From the human T2T-CHM13v2.0 reference genome, Homo sapiens: a stretch of DNA of 64,000 nt. Both the position numbers and the translations under genes were made by a program. Where the stretch lies: the NCBI RefSeq assembly GCF_009914755.1, contig NC_060937.1, one strand, 5' to 3'. The notes under the pieces were generated by a model. The model did no database searches. It saw only the letters and a list, made by a program, of their open reading frames with translations, and was not told the origin of the DNA. Positions 1 to 27,356 of the stretch are shown here, piece by piece (within the stretch, counting starts at the first letter, position 1; each line of letters opens with the position of its first letter).

Positions 1-266
1 AACTGTTTCTCAGTAATAATAATAATAATATAAAAAAACAAATTCAGCACTACTCAGTTCAGTCATCAGCCCAGGAGGAGTCCAGGACAACGGAAAGCTA
101 GAACAAAGGGAGCAGTACTGAACCCCTTCCAAGCCCTGGAAAAACTGCACGCACAGACCAGGGCACCAGGTGATACTTGGTACACAGGTAGGTGACTCCT
201 ATTTATCAGATGGGAGGCTGACTGCTCTGTGCTCATTGGCTTCCTGGTGGCATCTCTGATTTACTA

Positions 267-772
<506 letters not shown>

Positions 773-844
773 TCATTTATATGGATGCAACTACTGGCCA
801 TTGATTGTATGCCAAGCACTGTGCTTGCTTTCCATATTTTTTTC

Positions 845-1083
845 TAGGTTTTTGTTTTTGTTTTTGTTTTTTGGTCTGTCGCCTGGCATGGAGTGCAGTG
901 ACACCAGTGCGACTCACTGCAGCCTTGACCTCCCGAACTCAATTGATCCTCCCACCTCAGCCTCCCATAGCTGGGACTACAGGCTCACACTACTATGCTC
1001 AGCTAATTTTTTAAATTAATTATTGTTTTTTTAAATTAATTATTATTTGTAGGGATGGGGGTCTCTCTATGTTGCACCTGGCC
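845..1083 (-). mobile_element. AluJ-like, internally deleted
   Basis: Reverse Alu blocks; jumps from atgttgc directly to acctggcc. Confidence 0.8.
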
Positions 1084-1365
1084 AAGACATCATTCTAACT
1101 GAACTACGCAAGTCACAAAAGGACAAATACTGTATGATTCTGTTCAAGTGAGATGCCTAGAATAGTCAGATTTATAGAGCCAAAAAGTAGCATGGTGGTT
1201 GTCAGGGGTTGGGGATAGGAGAAATAGGGAGTTATGGTTTAATAGGTACAGAGTTTCAGTTTGGAAAGATGAAAAAAACCCTATAGATGAATAGTGGTGA
1301 TGGTTGCACAACAATGAGAACGTGTTTAATGATACTGAATTAATAAGATAAAAATGGTTAAAATG
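1084..1365 (+). mobile_element. Ancient L1 (L1MB-like) 3' end fragment
   Basis: aaaggacaaatactgtatgattc ... ggtacagagtttcagtttgg ... ggtgatggttgcacaacaatg are typical L1MB 3' UTR motifs. Confidence 0.75.
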
Positions 1366-1366
1366 A

Positions 1367-2270
<904 letters not shown>

Positions 2271-3131
2271 CACAATATGTATTTTTTAAAGTTTAAAATA
2301 AGTAACTTCGTCTTAGATAGCACCTGCTGAAAAGTTTCTGGCCAACACAGCTTTTCCTGGCTCCAAAGCTCCTATCTGTTCTTTGTCACCACAATACCTC
2401 ACTCCTTAAAGGCAACGTCTGTCCTAGGCCCCACTCATAGAAGCAGAGGGTGGACAGGGCTGTACCCGTCGTTTCCTCTTCTTCACCCGAGCATCCCCAG
2501 CCTCTTGCTCATAGTCCATTGCTGTAGGTGTTTTGACAATGGGGCCAGCCTCAAATGGCAACTCGACTCCATATAAAATATAATTATGTTTTTTAAATTT
2601 TAGGTCAAGCTTTGAATCATTGCAAAATAATCAAGAAAAGGCAGTGGTGGCACAAAATGATGATATAGTTATGAAATTGTCATCTGAAATCTGTCTAGAA
2701 TGTATTGAAATCCATATTAATTTGGAAAGACGTGGAGAGAGGATGAGGTTTTGACATGTCATCTGGAGTTGAGGAATCACTTTGGAAGGAGCTGTTGAGG
2801 GCTACAAAATATTGAACTAGCATAAATATTTGCTTTGAATGATCTTTCATCTTCCTAAAGACGTCAGGAAGTTTCTCAAGGGAAGTTAAGGTGGTTTGCT
2901 ATAGGCTAGCAACCCGACCTCGATCCATGCCATAATTCACATGGCTTCTCCTTCTGCTCAGGGAGGTGTAGATGCCACAGATGATTCTGGAGTAATCTCT
3001 GTATGTTTAGATCCTATTGGGGTGAGTTGGGGAGTCAGTCTGAAGTGAGATCCAATAATATGTCAACCAATAACAAGAGAGGATTCTGGAAAGGAGGTCT
3101 GGAATGTGTTTAAAAATAAAAGTTAAGCCTA

Positions 3132-3835
<704 letters not shown>

Positions 3836-4595
3836 ACATTTTGTTTTTAAAGAGAACAATTTGGAATTAGACATGGAATATGAAAACAAATGCATGAATA
3901 CAAATTTGCAGGCCATTAATGAGAATTGAGTAAACTAGCTCTCTGAGTGGAAACAGCTGAAATTCTCCTAGTAAGCATGTTATCCACACCCAGTAATGTT
4001 GTATGTTACGTTTTACTCTCTTGTGTGGTGTTATATTTTACAATAAAGAGAAGAAAAAGTGCACTGTCTGAGCATAAGGTGGGGGGAGGACGTGTCTATC
4101 ATTGCTTCATGTCGTCGTCCCTGCTGTGTGTGATCTTCACCATGTTGCAGTTCATTTGGGAGCTGAAGACAAAGGCTAGTTGCTGTTTTAATGTTCTGCC
4201 GTCTCTGAAGTTGCAGGATGGTTATGTTAATGCTGTGGTTTGAAAATGGAAGCCTGAGATGGCAGCAAAATTCCTGGCTCCCACCCGCCCTTCTGGGGAT
4301 GCACAGGAAGAATATCCCACAAGGATCTCCATCCTGCACATTCCAGGGCAGATCTGGGCAATATCAAACAAGAGAACCAGCCGAGCTCACACTTGTCTGG
4401 ACCCAGTGAAAGCTCTTGCCCGACTTTATAGCAAACAAGAGTGCTTAGAATAATTGCTCCTAATTTTGTTTGTTTATTTATAAGTAGAAAGGCATGAGTC
4501 TTTCTATCCTGGGTAAAAGCCAAATCAAGCAATTTGATTCATTATTCATGGTGCCACTGACCAACTTGAAATTAAGAAATAAGAGCTGGATGAAA

Positions 4596-7720
<3,125 letters not shown>

Positions 7721-7734
7721 CCCCCAAATTTATG

Positions 7735-9365
<1,631 letters not shown>

Positions 9366-9368
9366 TAG

Positions 9369-10881
<1,513 letters not shown>

Positions 10882-11692
10882 CTACCAAATATTAGGACAT
10901 ATCAGGAAGCCAAAGTAATAAAAATAGTGTGGGACTGGCAGAAGAATGCAAAGATAGATTCACAGATATATATGAGAACTTAATATAGGATGAAAACTGC
11001 AATGAACCAATGAGAGAAGGAGGGATAGGTGGTGTGGATAAACTGGTTCGTTATGTGGAAACCAAAAAAACTGAATCCCTGTCTTACATTACACAAGGAT
11101 GGACTCCAGATGGATTTAAGACCTAACTATGAAAAGTGTATTTCTACAATTGTGTCTGGAATGCGTGGAGCCAGCTATATTTTGGAATTCAAAAGTTTTC
11201 AAATTTTAGAAAGGTAAGACGGTATATATATTGTATAACACCCTCAACTGGGTCTAGGGTAGCATCCTATAATCAAAGTCCTATGTATTTCTGTAGTAAA
11301 TGGAGTAAATAACTGAAATCGACTTGGCTTAGTTCCAGTTGAATTTTGCCACCAAATCAGTGTTGGGGCTGTGCTGGGTTTCTTTAGTTTTCCTCTCTAG
11401 CCCCACTTTGTCCTCTTCCCCACCTTGCTCCTTACCTGGAAGGCAACTTCTTTGGATGTCATCAATAGGCTTGCCCTCGGGTGGAAGATCAGGATTAGGG
11501 AGGAGAGCAGGACTGACCCTGACCCTCCACTGAGGGATCCAGCTCCTATAAGGCAGTCTTTTCCACAAAACTTCTCTGTCACCCAGTTCTGGGAGCCACT
11601 CCCCTCCCTCTGTTCCTTCCAGTCTTGGGGTAACGACCTGCAGGCTGGTATTAACTCAAGGCACAGCACTATCTCACTCGGGTCCTCTACCC

Positions 11693-11890
11693 CAGTGGTT
11701 TTTAATTGAGAGCAATTTGGCAATATCTGGTGACATTTGTGGTTGCCATGCCTGAGGGGGTGGAAGAGTGCTACTAGCACGTAGCAGATAGAGATCAGGG
11801 GTGCTGATAAATATCCTACAATGCACAACTCCTCACAATAAAGAAATATCTGCCTCCAAATGTCAATAGTGCCAAGGTTGAGAAACCCTG
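11693..11890 (+). mobile_element. MER20 (hAT-Charlie) DNA transposon
   Basis: Ends cagtggtt ... gagaaaccctg; internal caatttggcaatatctgg, atcctacaatgcaca, aaatgtcaatagtgccaaggttgagaaaccctg. Confidence 0.85.
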
Positions 11891-11895
11891 CTCTC

Positions 11896-12960
11896 GGCCT
11901 GGCATGGTGGCTCAGCCCTGTAATCTCAGCATTTTGGGAGGCTGAGGTGGGTGGATCGCTTGAGCCCAGGAGACTGAGACCAGCTGGGCAATATGGTGAA
12001 ACCCTGTCTCTATAAAAAATACAAAAATTAGCCGGGCATGGTGGTGCACACCTGCAGGACTAGCTACTCCAGAGGCTGAGGTGGGAGGATCACCTGAGCC
12101 CAGGGAGATTGAGGCTGCAGTGGGCCATGATCACTCGTGTTGCCCACTGCACTCAAGCCTGGGCAACAGAGTGAGACCTTGTCTCACCAAAAAAAAAAAA
12201 AAAAAAAATAGCTGGCCGGGTGCAGTGGCTCACACCTCTAATCCCAGCACTTTGGGAGGCTGAGGCAGGAGGATCGCTTGAGGCCAAGGGTTCAAGACCA
12301 GCCTGTGCAACATGGCAAAACCTCATCTCTACAAAAACATATAAAAATTAGGTGGGCATGGTGGCGTACACGTGTAGTCCCAGTTACCCAGGAGGTGGAA
12401 GTGGAAAGATCATTTGAACGAAGGAGGTCGAGACTGCAGGGAGCTAGGATCACACCACTGCACTCTACAGCCTGGGTGGCAGAGAAAATCCCATCTCAAA
12501 AAAAAAAAAGGAAGGGAAGAAAATAGAAATGAGGAATGAAGACAAAAGGTAATAAATTAGACAGTGGCTTCATAGAGTACAAAGAAGATGTTGCATTGTG
12601 AACTGAAATATATGATTAATTCAACCTTCTGCATCTAAAATCAGAACTAGACCAAGAGAGGTTGTGGTAACCCCAGCACTTTGGGAAGCCAAGGCAGGAG
12701 GATCGCTTGAGGCCAGGGGTTCAAGACCAGCCAGGGTAACATGGTGAGACCCTATCTCTAAAAAAGTAATAATAATAATACAGAAAAATTAGCCGGACAT
12801 GGTGGCACAGAGCTGTAATTCTAGCTACTTGGGAGGCTGAGGCAGGAGGATTGCTTGAGCCCAGGAGATCGAGGCTGCAGTGAGCTGTGATTGTACAACT
12901 GCACTTCAGTCTGGGCAACTGAACCAGATCCTGTCTCTAAAAATTTTTTTGAAAAAATAA
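11896..12960 (+). mobile_element. Three AluJ-like copies (11896-12208, 12214-12508, 12660-12960)
   Basis: Alu consensus blocks. Confidence 0.88.
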
Positions 12961-13698
12961 TAAATGAATAATAAAATCAGAAATGAAAACAAGAAAAGAA
13001 AAGAAAAAAGGAAGGTGGAAAGAAGGAGGGATGGAGGGAAAGGAAACATTCATCTTAGCTTGGAAGATAGTTTGTACTAAAACTTAAAGGGAGGCATAGA
13101 ACCTGCCTGGATCAGGGGAAGTTAGTTCTGGAGGCTGACTGTTAACTGGGTAATTTGGAGCTTGCCCTCTGTGCTAACTGCTGAATGTTGCAGAGAACAT
13201 GAAGGCAAGAGTTCACTTCAGCTTGCAGGCAGGTGTCGGTGTGAGGGGAAGATAGGGTAGAAACAGAAAACGTGGTAGGCCTGTGACAAGAGGTGGTTAT
13301 TATTTGCTTGCGAAACATACCAACTCTGTCTGTTTCCTCCACCCACTCCTACCTCAACAAAAGCTAAAAGCCGCGGGCCACTTACTTCCTCTGAGCCCAG
13401 GAGATTCCCAGGACATAGAGCCGTCAGTACGGAAGCCCAGCCAGCCTGGGCAGACTGAGACAGTCAGTCACTCGCATAGCAGTATCCTCATTTTTCTGGG
13501 AATATTAATAATAAGAGTGATCGATGACATCTATTTAGCACTTACTCTGTGCTCTACATGTATTATGTCATTGATCCTCACACCGACTAAGGAGGGAGGT
13601 ATTTGTGATATAATAAAATTTATTAACCTAGAAGAGTTCACAGATGGCCCCTCCCTTCAAAGAACACCATCCCTAGAGTTTTGTGTTCTGGGCTTTAA

Positions 13699-14897
<1,199 letters not shown>

Positions 14898-15735
14898 TAA
14901 ATGAGGTGGATGTTAGTGTTTCTAAATTTTAAGAAATTTATTTAAAAATCTCATTTGAACAATATAAGAAAATAGGTGGTTTTTCATTTTTAATTGCTGA
15001 GTTTTCATCTTAAATGAACCAAACATATCTTTTCTGGGAATTCAACTCACAGTGTGATGAAGAAAATGTAATGTACTAAAAGGAGGTTTATCAATCTTTT
15101 TTTTTCCCCCAAGAGAAAGCTCTTTCCACTGAAAATATATAACTACTTTCAAATGCAATTATATATGAATTGTGATTATGTAACAGCAAGATTTACAGAG
15201 AGATGAAATTCTGAGATTTCCCTTATTTGAGATCAATTCAGTTATTGTTACTTCTTAATATATTATTTGATTTTTAGAGATGTTTCTCTTACAACATTTG
15301 ACCACTTCCCTTTCTGGCATAAGGTGGGTTACATATACTACCCAACTCTCCTGGAACAAAACACCTAAAAGTTGTGAGAAAAAGAAATTTGAAAAATATT
15401 TTTAAATGCTGAAAATTACCTGAGCAGGTAAGAAGAAAAAAGAGAAAGTCTTTACAGGCCAAAAAATACGGAGAAAATAAGGACAAAGCAGAAGACATGA
15501 AGGTAAGCCAATCTGAAACCAAAGGCTACTGGAGGGATCCCTGGTCACCGAGAGCTAGTGACCCGAGAGATCCCTGGCTGCCTACAGCTAGTGCATGCAA
15601 GACTGTGGACTAGATCAGAGAACCCTGCATAAAGCTGTTTCCCATCCCAAAGCAGTGGGAAAAATTAAAAAGTAATGCTTAGTCATCTCCATCATCATCA
15701 CAACGCCGTGGATAATGGTAAAGAAATGTTCTGTC

Positions 15736-16443
<708 letters not shown>

Positions 16444-16519
16444 AGGGGTAAAAGCATAAGAATTCCTAAGAATTCCTTCCTTCCTTCCTTCCTTCCTTCC
16501 TTGTTCCTTCCATTCTTTT

Positions 16520-18422
<1,903 letters not shown>

Positions 18423-18509
18423 TCAACAGCAACAGTTGCAGCCAAAAGTAAATGGCATTATGTTTTCGAAGTACTGAGCTAAAATAATTGTCTACTTTTA
18501 ACTTTATAC

Positions 18510-19021
18510 TGTTAAAGGGAAAAAATTATTCAATGATACTTGTTAAATATGGTAAGGCAGACTTTATTCAAGGAAAAGGGGGACTATCGCAATAGTTATA
18601 GACACCACTGCAATGGGATTTTGCAGTAGGGGAGAGAGAGATTGGGCCCAACTCTGAATACAGCATGGGCAAGTGAGAATTTATAGCCAAGGAGAGGGTA
18701 GGGGCTAGTAGATGGGAAATGACTAAGAGGAAACATCAGTGGAAAGGGGGATGCTGGCTAAGCCATTGTGACAAGATTCTTGCTGAAGGCAGGCTGGGGT
18801 GATGAGACACCACCTATGGGATGGTGGAGCATGAGGAACCCAATCTGATACAGAGGGTGATCAGATATCAAAGATGAGAGATTCTAGCTAAACTGACTTA
18901 GCAGAATTCCTTCCAAAATTAGACAATCCAGAGACAAACATGGAAGTCTAAAAGTCAAGGCCTACTTGAAAAAGACCTCAGGGCAGCCTGAATAAAGTTT
19001 TGTTAAAGAGAATCTTTGTTA
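18510..19021 (-). mobile_element. ERV1-class solo LTR (MER31-like)
   Basis: Ends tgttaaag ... aatctttgtta; 4-bp TSD atac at 18506-18509 and 19022-19025; resembles recalled MER31 consensus. Confidence 0.75.
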
Positions 19022-19074
19022 ATACCTAGCAAAATTACCTAACAAAAATAAGTCCTGAGTAAAGATTTATATCT

Positions 19075-19472
19075 ATAGGTATAGATACATATTTCTATAC
19101 ATACACGCATATATACATACATATAGATATCTATCTCTCTGTATATACATATACATATATCTATAGCTATATATGCATATATAGATATTTGAGATAGGGT
19201 CTCACTCTGTCACACAGGCTGGAGTACAGTGGCGTGATGTTGGTTCACTGCAACATCTGCCTCCAGGGCTCAAGTGATCTTTCCGCCTCATTCTCCCGAG
19301 TAGCTGGTACTACAGACATGCATCACTGCACTTGGCTAATTTTTATATTTTTTGTAGAGATGGGACCTCACTATGTTGCCTAGGCTGATCTCAATCTCCT
19401 GAGCTTAAGCGATCTGCCTACCTCAGCCTTCCAAAATGTTGGGATTACAGGCAGCAGCCGCAGTGCGTGGCC
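19075..19472 (-). mobile_element. AluJ (19188-19472) with tail expanded into a TA-rich microsatellite
   Basis: Reverse Alu; flanks tgagtaaagat on both sides. Confidence 0.85.
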
Positions 19473-19686
19473 TGAGTAAAGATATTATCTGACAAACATG
19501 TTGCTCACTAAAGAAACTTCTCAAGAATGGACTTTAGGAAGAAGAAAAATAAACTGACAAGGAAGGTTTAAGATACAAAATAGAATCGCAAGCAAAAAAA
19601 AAAAAGAAGATAAACGACAGTATGTAACTGTAATAACGTTTGTGGGGCTAACATTTATATCACTAAAAATCCAGTTTGTGGGTCTA

Positions 19687-22377
<2,691 letters not shown>

Positions 22378-22379
22378 GA

Positions 22380-22699
<320 letters not shown>

Positions 22700-22849
22700 T
22701 AAGCTAAATATACATTAAAGCTTTTATAGTAATCACTAAACAATGCAAATAAAGTGTAATTTCCAATTTAATGCAGCAGAAAAATTGAAATGTGAAAAAA
22801 GGTGTCAATTTAAAACAACTCAAGAAAGGAGAAAAACTATATGTATACT

Positions 22850-23746
22850 TATTGAGGGATCTGGCCAGCAGCCCGCAATGCAACAGGGCTCTCTCTTTGT
22901 TCCCAGGCAGATCGGCAGGTTGAGAAATAATAGACACACACAAGATAGTGAAAGCTGGATCCAGGGGGGTCACTGCCTTCTGGTCCCATGATGCCAACAA
23001 TGCACTGGATATACCAGCATTTATTATTAAGTTTAGTGAGGGCGGGGGTAGGTTAGTGAGGGATTTAGGGTCATTTGATTATGAGGTGAGATGGTCACAT
23101 GGGGATGAAGTAATTCTTTAACATAACATTTGTATGTAGAAGTACAGTACATTTGTATGTAGAAGTACAGTATACAGAGATAAGAATTTACAATATAGTG
23201 TGTGAGTCAGTAACTTCTAACAGAGCCTTAGAACAGAAACACGGTATTTCCATAACCTATGATTAGCAAGATATTAATCAGCAGTAACAATTGCAACAAA
23301 AGCTGGTTACAAACAATCCGTGGAAACAGGACGTGAAGCTAGACAACTGGTTAGACCAGAAATTCTCAGAAGGGAGTATGCTTTAACCCTAAAGAGGCCT
23401 AGAAGAGCTGTGGCAAGATGAGGGCGTTTATAGCCCTATCTTATCCATATGGACAGGCGCCCCCCATGAGTCCGTTTATAGGCTCCCCACAAGGGTCGCA
23501 TTCCATTCCCAGAGCTATGAACATCTGCTTTTCTGGGATAGGAATCTTGGTGATGTGAAACCTCCCTGACTGCACGTCCATTCATAGGCTCTCTGCAGGG
23601 GGAAGCACATCACGCGCTGTTGGCTCGTTCTGGCAGTCCGACCTGGCATTGTCTTTACACAATCCTGCATGCAATTTTGTATTTACAATAATCAGGAGCA
23701 TTTCATCTTTTATTCCATAGCAATAGTTTCAGGGGGTCTCCCTACA
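22850..23746 (-). mobile_element. ERVK-class solo LTR, 897 bp (LTR13A-like by recall)
   Basis: Minus strand starts TGTAGGGAGACCCCCTGAAAC; 6-bp TSD tatact/tataat (22844-22849, 23747-23752); CpGs retained; minus-strand AATAAA near 23021-23026. Subfamily name uncertain. Confidence 0.75.
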
Positions 23747-24052
23747 TATAATCAAGAAAAAAACTGGACAAACTAAGTACAAAATAGATGTTAGAATGAG
23801 TCCTAACTTTAAGAATAAATATAACAAAAAAGTAACTATTTTTAGAGATTAAAGAATGTCACTAAAAGCATTAAAGATGGGTTAAATAAATGAAGAGATA
23901 TAACGACGTTCATGAACAGGAAGACTTGATTTTATAAAGCTATCCATTTTCCTCAAACTGAATAAATAGCTGCAAAACAATTCCAGCAAACCTCCCAATC
24001 TATATGTATGTGTATGTGTCTAATTTGATAAACTGATTCTAAAACATATAAG

Positions 24053-25119
<1,067 letters not shown>

Positions 25120-25979
25120 CAAGATAGGGATTTCTTAATCAAGATCTCAAACCACAAATCGCTTGGTGAAACTTGATAAATTTAGCTATCTTAAAACCAA
25201 GACTCTTTCTCAAATGGCCACATAAAGACAAACCACAAACTGGGGGAAGATACCTGCAACATAAATAATCCACAAAAGATTACTATCTTGAGTATATAGA
25301 TAACTAAAAATAAATTATAAAAAATCAAACAACTCAATAGATAAGTGAGCAAAAGTTGCATATTTCACTGTAGACAAAAACATAACCAATAAACACACAA
25401 AAAGATGCTCAACCTCCTTAGTAATCAGAAAATATAAATTAGTAATCATAATGTGACACCTTTATACCCATCAGGCTGGCCAAAAGAAAAAATAATAATC
25501 TTGACAACCCCACAATACCAAGTGTTATGAAGTGGAACACGTAGGACTTACCCACTGCCAGTGGAACTCTAAATTGCTATAACTACTTAGTCAAACAATT
25601 TAGCATTATCTATAAAGTTAAAGATGACTGTTTCCTACACCCTAGCAAAATTCTGATTGTAGGATACGCCCTAGAGAAACTCTCACTCACGTGCACAAGA
25701 AGAAATGCACAAGAATGTTTATAGCTACGCCAATGGTTATTACGGAGAAAACGGAACAGCACGAATGTTCAGTCAGCTCCAGGAACATGAATAAATCATG
25801 TTCGTTAAATTGCATTTAATGAAATACTATATTCAGCTGTAATATTTAATGAATGACAGCTACATTCCTGAGCATGGATAAATCCCTCAAATACAGTGTT
25901 ACATGAAAAAAATAGGTTATGGGAGAATTTCTACAATATGATTCAATTATGTAAAGATTCAAAAGCAAGCGAGACTAAA

Positions 25980-26386
25980 GCAACTGGTCAAATAAGCTTT
26001 AACTGTTACTGTATAATTTGTACTTTGTAATATCTGGTAGTCGCATGGTTCGTTAAGCTTCAGGCTAACAGAAAATTAAGCATTAACTATGGTGCCAAGT
26101 TAAAAAAAAGTCTGCGAAATCAAAACCCTTAAAATTCGTCTACGAAATTTTAATAAATATCCGTGTAGAAAATCAGAACGACTCTTTCAGGCCATCTTTA
26201 AAATGTCATTGGTAAACCATACTTGATCCTAAATTCCTGTACTTCCTCAGGCCATCCGAGCATGAAACGCTGTCACCTACCCACATCCGCTGGCTGTGAC
26301 GCTTGTCAAAGTGTTCTCTATCGGCTGCATGCCTAGACCACCAAAGCGTTCTGACCGGACAGTGTCACTGGAGAAGGCGGCGCGAC
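25980..26386 (+). promoter_or_regulatory. Putative CLDN10a promoter / 5' UTR with HNF1-type site
   Basis: Non-repetitive, locally CpG-retaining sequence just upstream of the ATG. ATTAAGCATTAAC at 26075-26087 (reverse GTTAATGCTTAAT) fits the HNF1 consensus GTTAATnATTAAC. The TSS cannot be fixed from sequence. Confidence 0.6.
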
Positions 26387-26600
26387 ATGTCCAGGGCGCA
26401 GATCTGGGCTCTGGTGTCTGGTGTCGGAGGGTTTGGAGCTCTCGTTGCTGCTACCACGTCCAATGAGTGGAAAGTGACCACGCGAGCCTCCTCGGTGATA
26501 ACAGCCACTTGGGTTTACCAGGGTCTGTGGATGAACTGCGCAGGTAACGCGTTGGGTTCTTTCCATTGCCGACCGCATTTTACTATCTTCAAAGTAGCAG
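26387..26600 (+). CDS. CLDN10: Claudin-10 isoform a, coding part of alternative exon 1a (TM1 and extracellular segment 1)
   Basis: Translates as MSRAQIWALVSGVGGFGALVAATTSNEWKVTTRASSVITATWVYQGLWMNCAGNALGSFHCRPHFTIFKVA(G), with the claudin W-GLW-C-C signature; recognised as the CLDN10a N-terminus. ATG context gcgacATGt. Ends at donor GCAG|gtaaat (214 nt, phase 1). Confidence 0.97.
26541..26549 (+). other. CLDN10: Alternative internal 5' splice donor of exon 1a (CAG|gtaacg), removes 57 nt / 19 aa in frame
   Basis: Donor-like CAG|GTAACG lies exactly 57 nt upstream of the main donor in the same phase, matching the described CLDN10a variant lacking 19 residues of ECS1. Confidence 0.85.
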
Positions 26601-26789
26601 GTAAATATAATGGCTTTGTTTGGGGTGGAGGTAAAATGTACTTTTCCCCCCGACTGTGCTGAAGTAGCTGTCTATGGCTGGCTGTTAACTCTCTGAAGAC
26701 TGAGTGCTTAATCAAAGTGCCAAGATTTGCCTAGGAAGGATGGGGTGTATGAGTATTGGCTGAAAGAATGACATTTATTTTATTTGACA

Positions 26790-27356
26790 AAGGAGATGTA
26801 AGAATAACCTTACAGGGCTTTTGGAATACCCAGTGTGACTCCAAAGGGAAGAGTGGAAGTGACTGGATTGTTTTAAAAGTCAGTTTCAATTTGCCTTGAG
26901 TCATGGAGGAATCTTGATGGGTCAGCACCCCTATGTAGGAAATGCTCTCATTGATTTAAACTTGTCTCTCCCTCTCTTCCTCTCTCTCTCTCTCTGTCTC
27001 TCTCTCTATATATATATACACCCACAAACACACACACACACACACACACAGAGGTATCTATATGTGTGTGTGTATATATATATGCACACATGTGTGCATA
27101 TATATATGCACACATGTGTGTATATATACATTCACATATATAACCCACACAGGTATCTATATGAATATATATACATATATTCATGCACACACATATGTAA
27201 CACACATATATATGTAATATGCCATTGCTAGATTGGAACTGGCAAATGATGGCAAATTCAAACTGGCTTTTAAAACAATCCAACCACTTCCACTCTTTCC
27301 TCTGGAGTCACACTGAGCATTCCAAAAGGCCTGTAAGGTAATCCGTATGTCTCCTT
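26790..27356. repeat. 106-bp gapless inverted repeat (26790-26895 / 27251-27356) enclosing a microsatellite
   Basis: Hand alignment of the left arm with the reverse complement of the right arm gives 92/106 identical with no gaps. Confidence 0.95.
26965..27220. repeat. Compound (CT)n/(TA)n/(CA)n/(TG)n microsatellite with internal palindrome
   Basis: Direct reading; perfect 34-bp palindrome at 27074-27107. Confidence 0.95.

Noticed and set aside
3947-4532. Overlapping 63-102 aa ORFs on both strands in unique sequence
   Set aside because: No recognisable homology or exon structure; compatible with chance.
26303-26662. 119-aa ORF suggesting an N-terminally extended claudin
   Set aside because: It starts at TTG under the ORF caller's alternative-start rule and reads through the splice donor; the real coding part is 26387-26600.
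26896-27283. Two 111-aa His/Thr/Tyr/Cys-rich ORFs
   Set aside because: Translations of the microsatellite.
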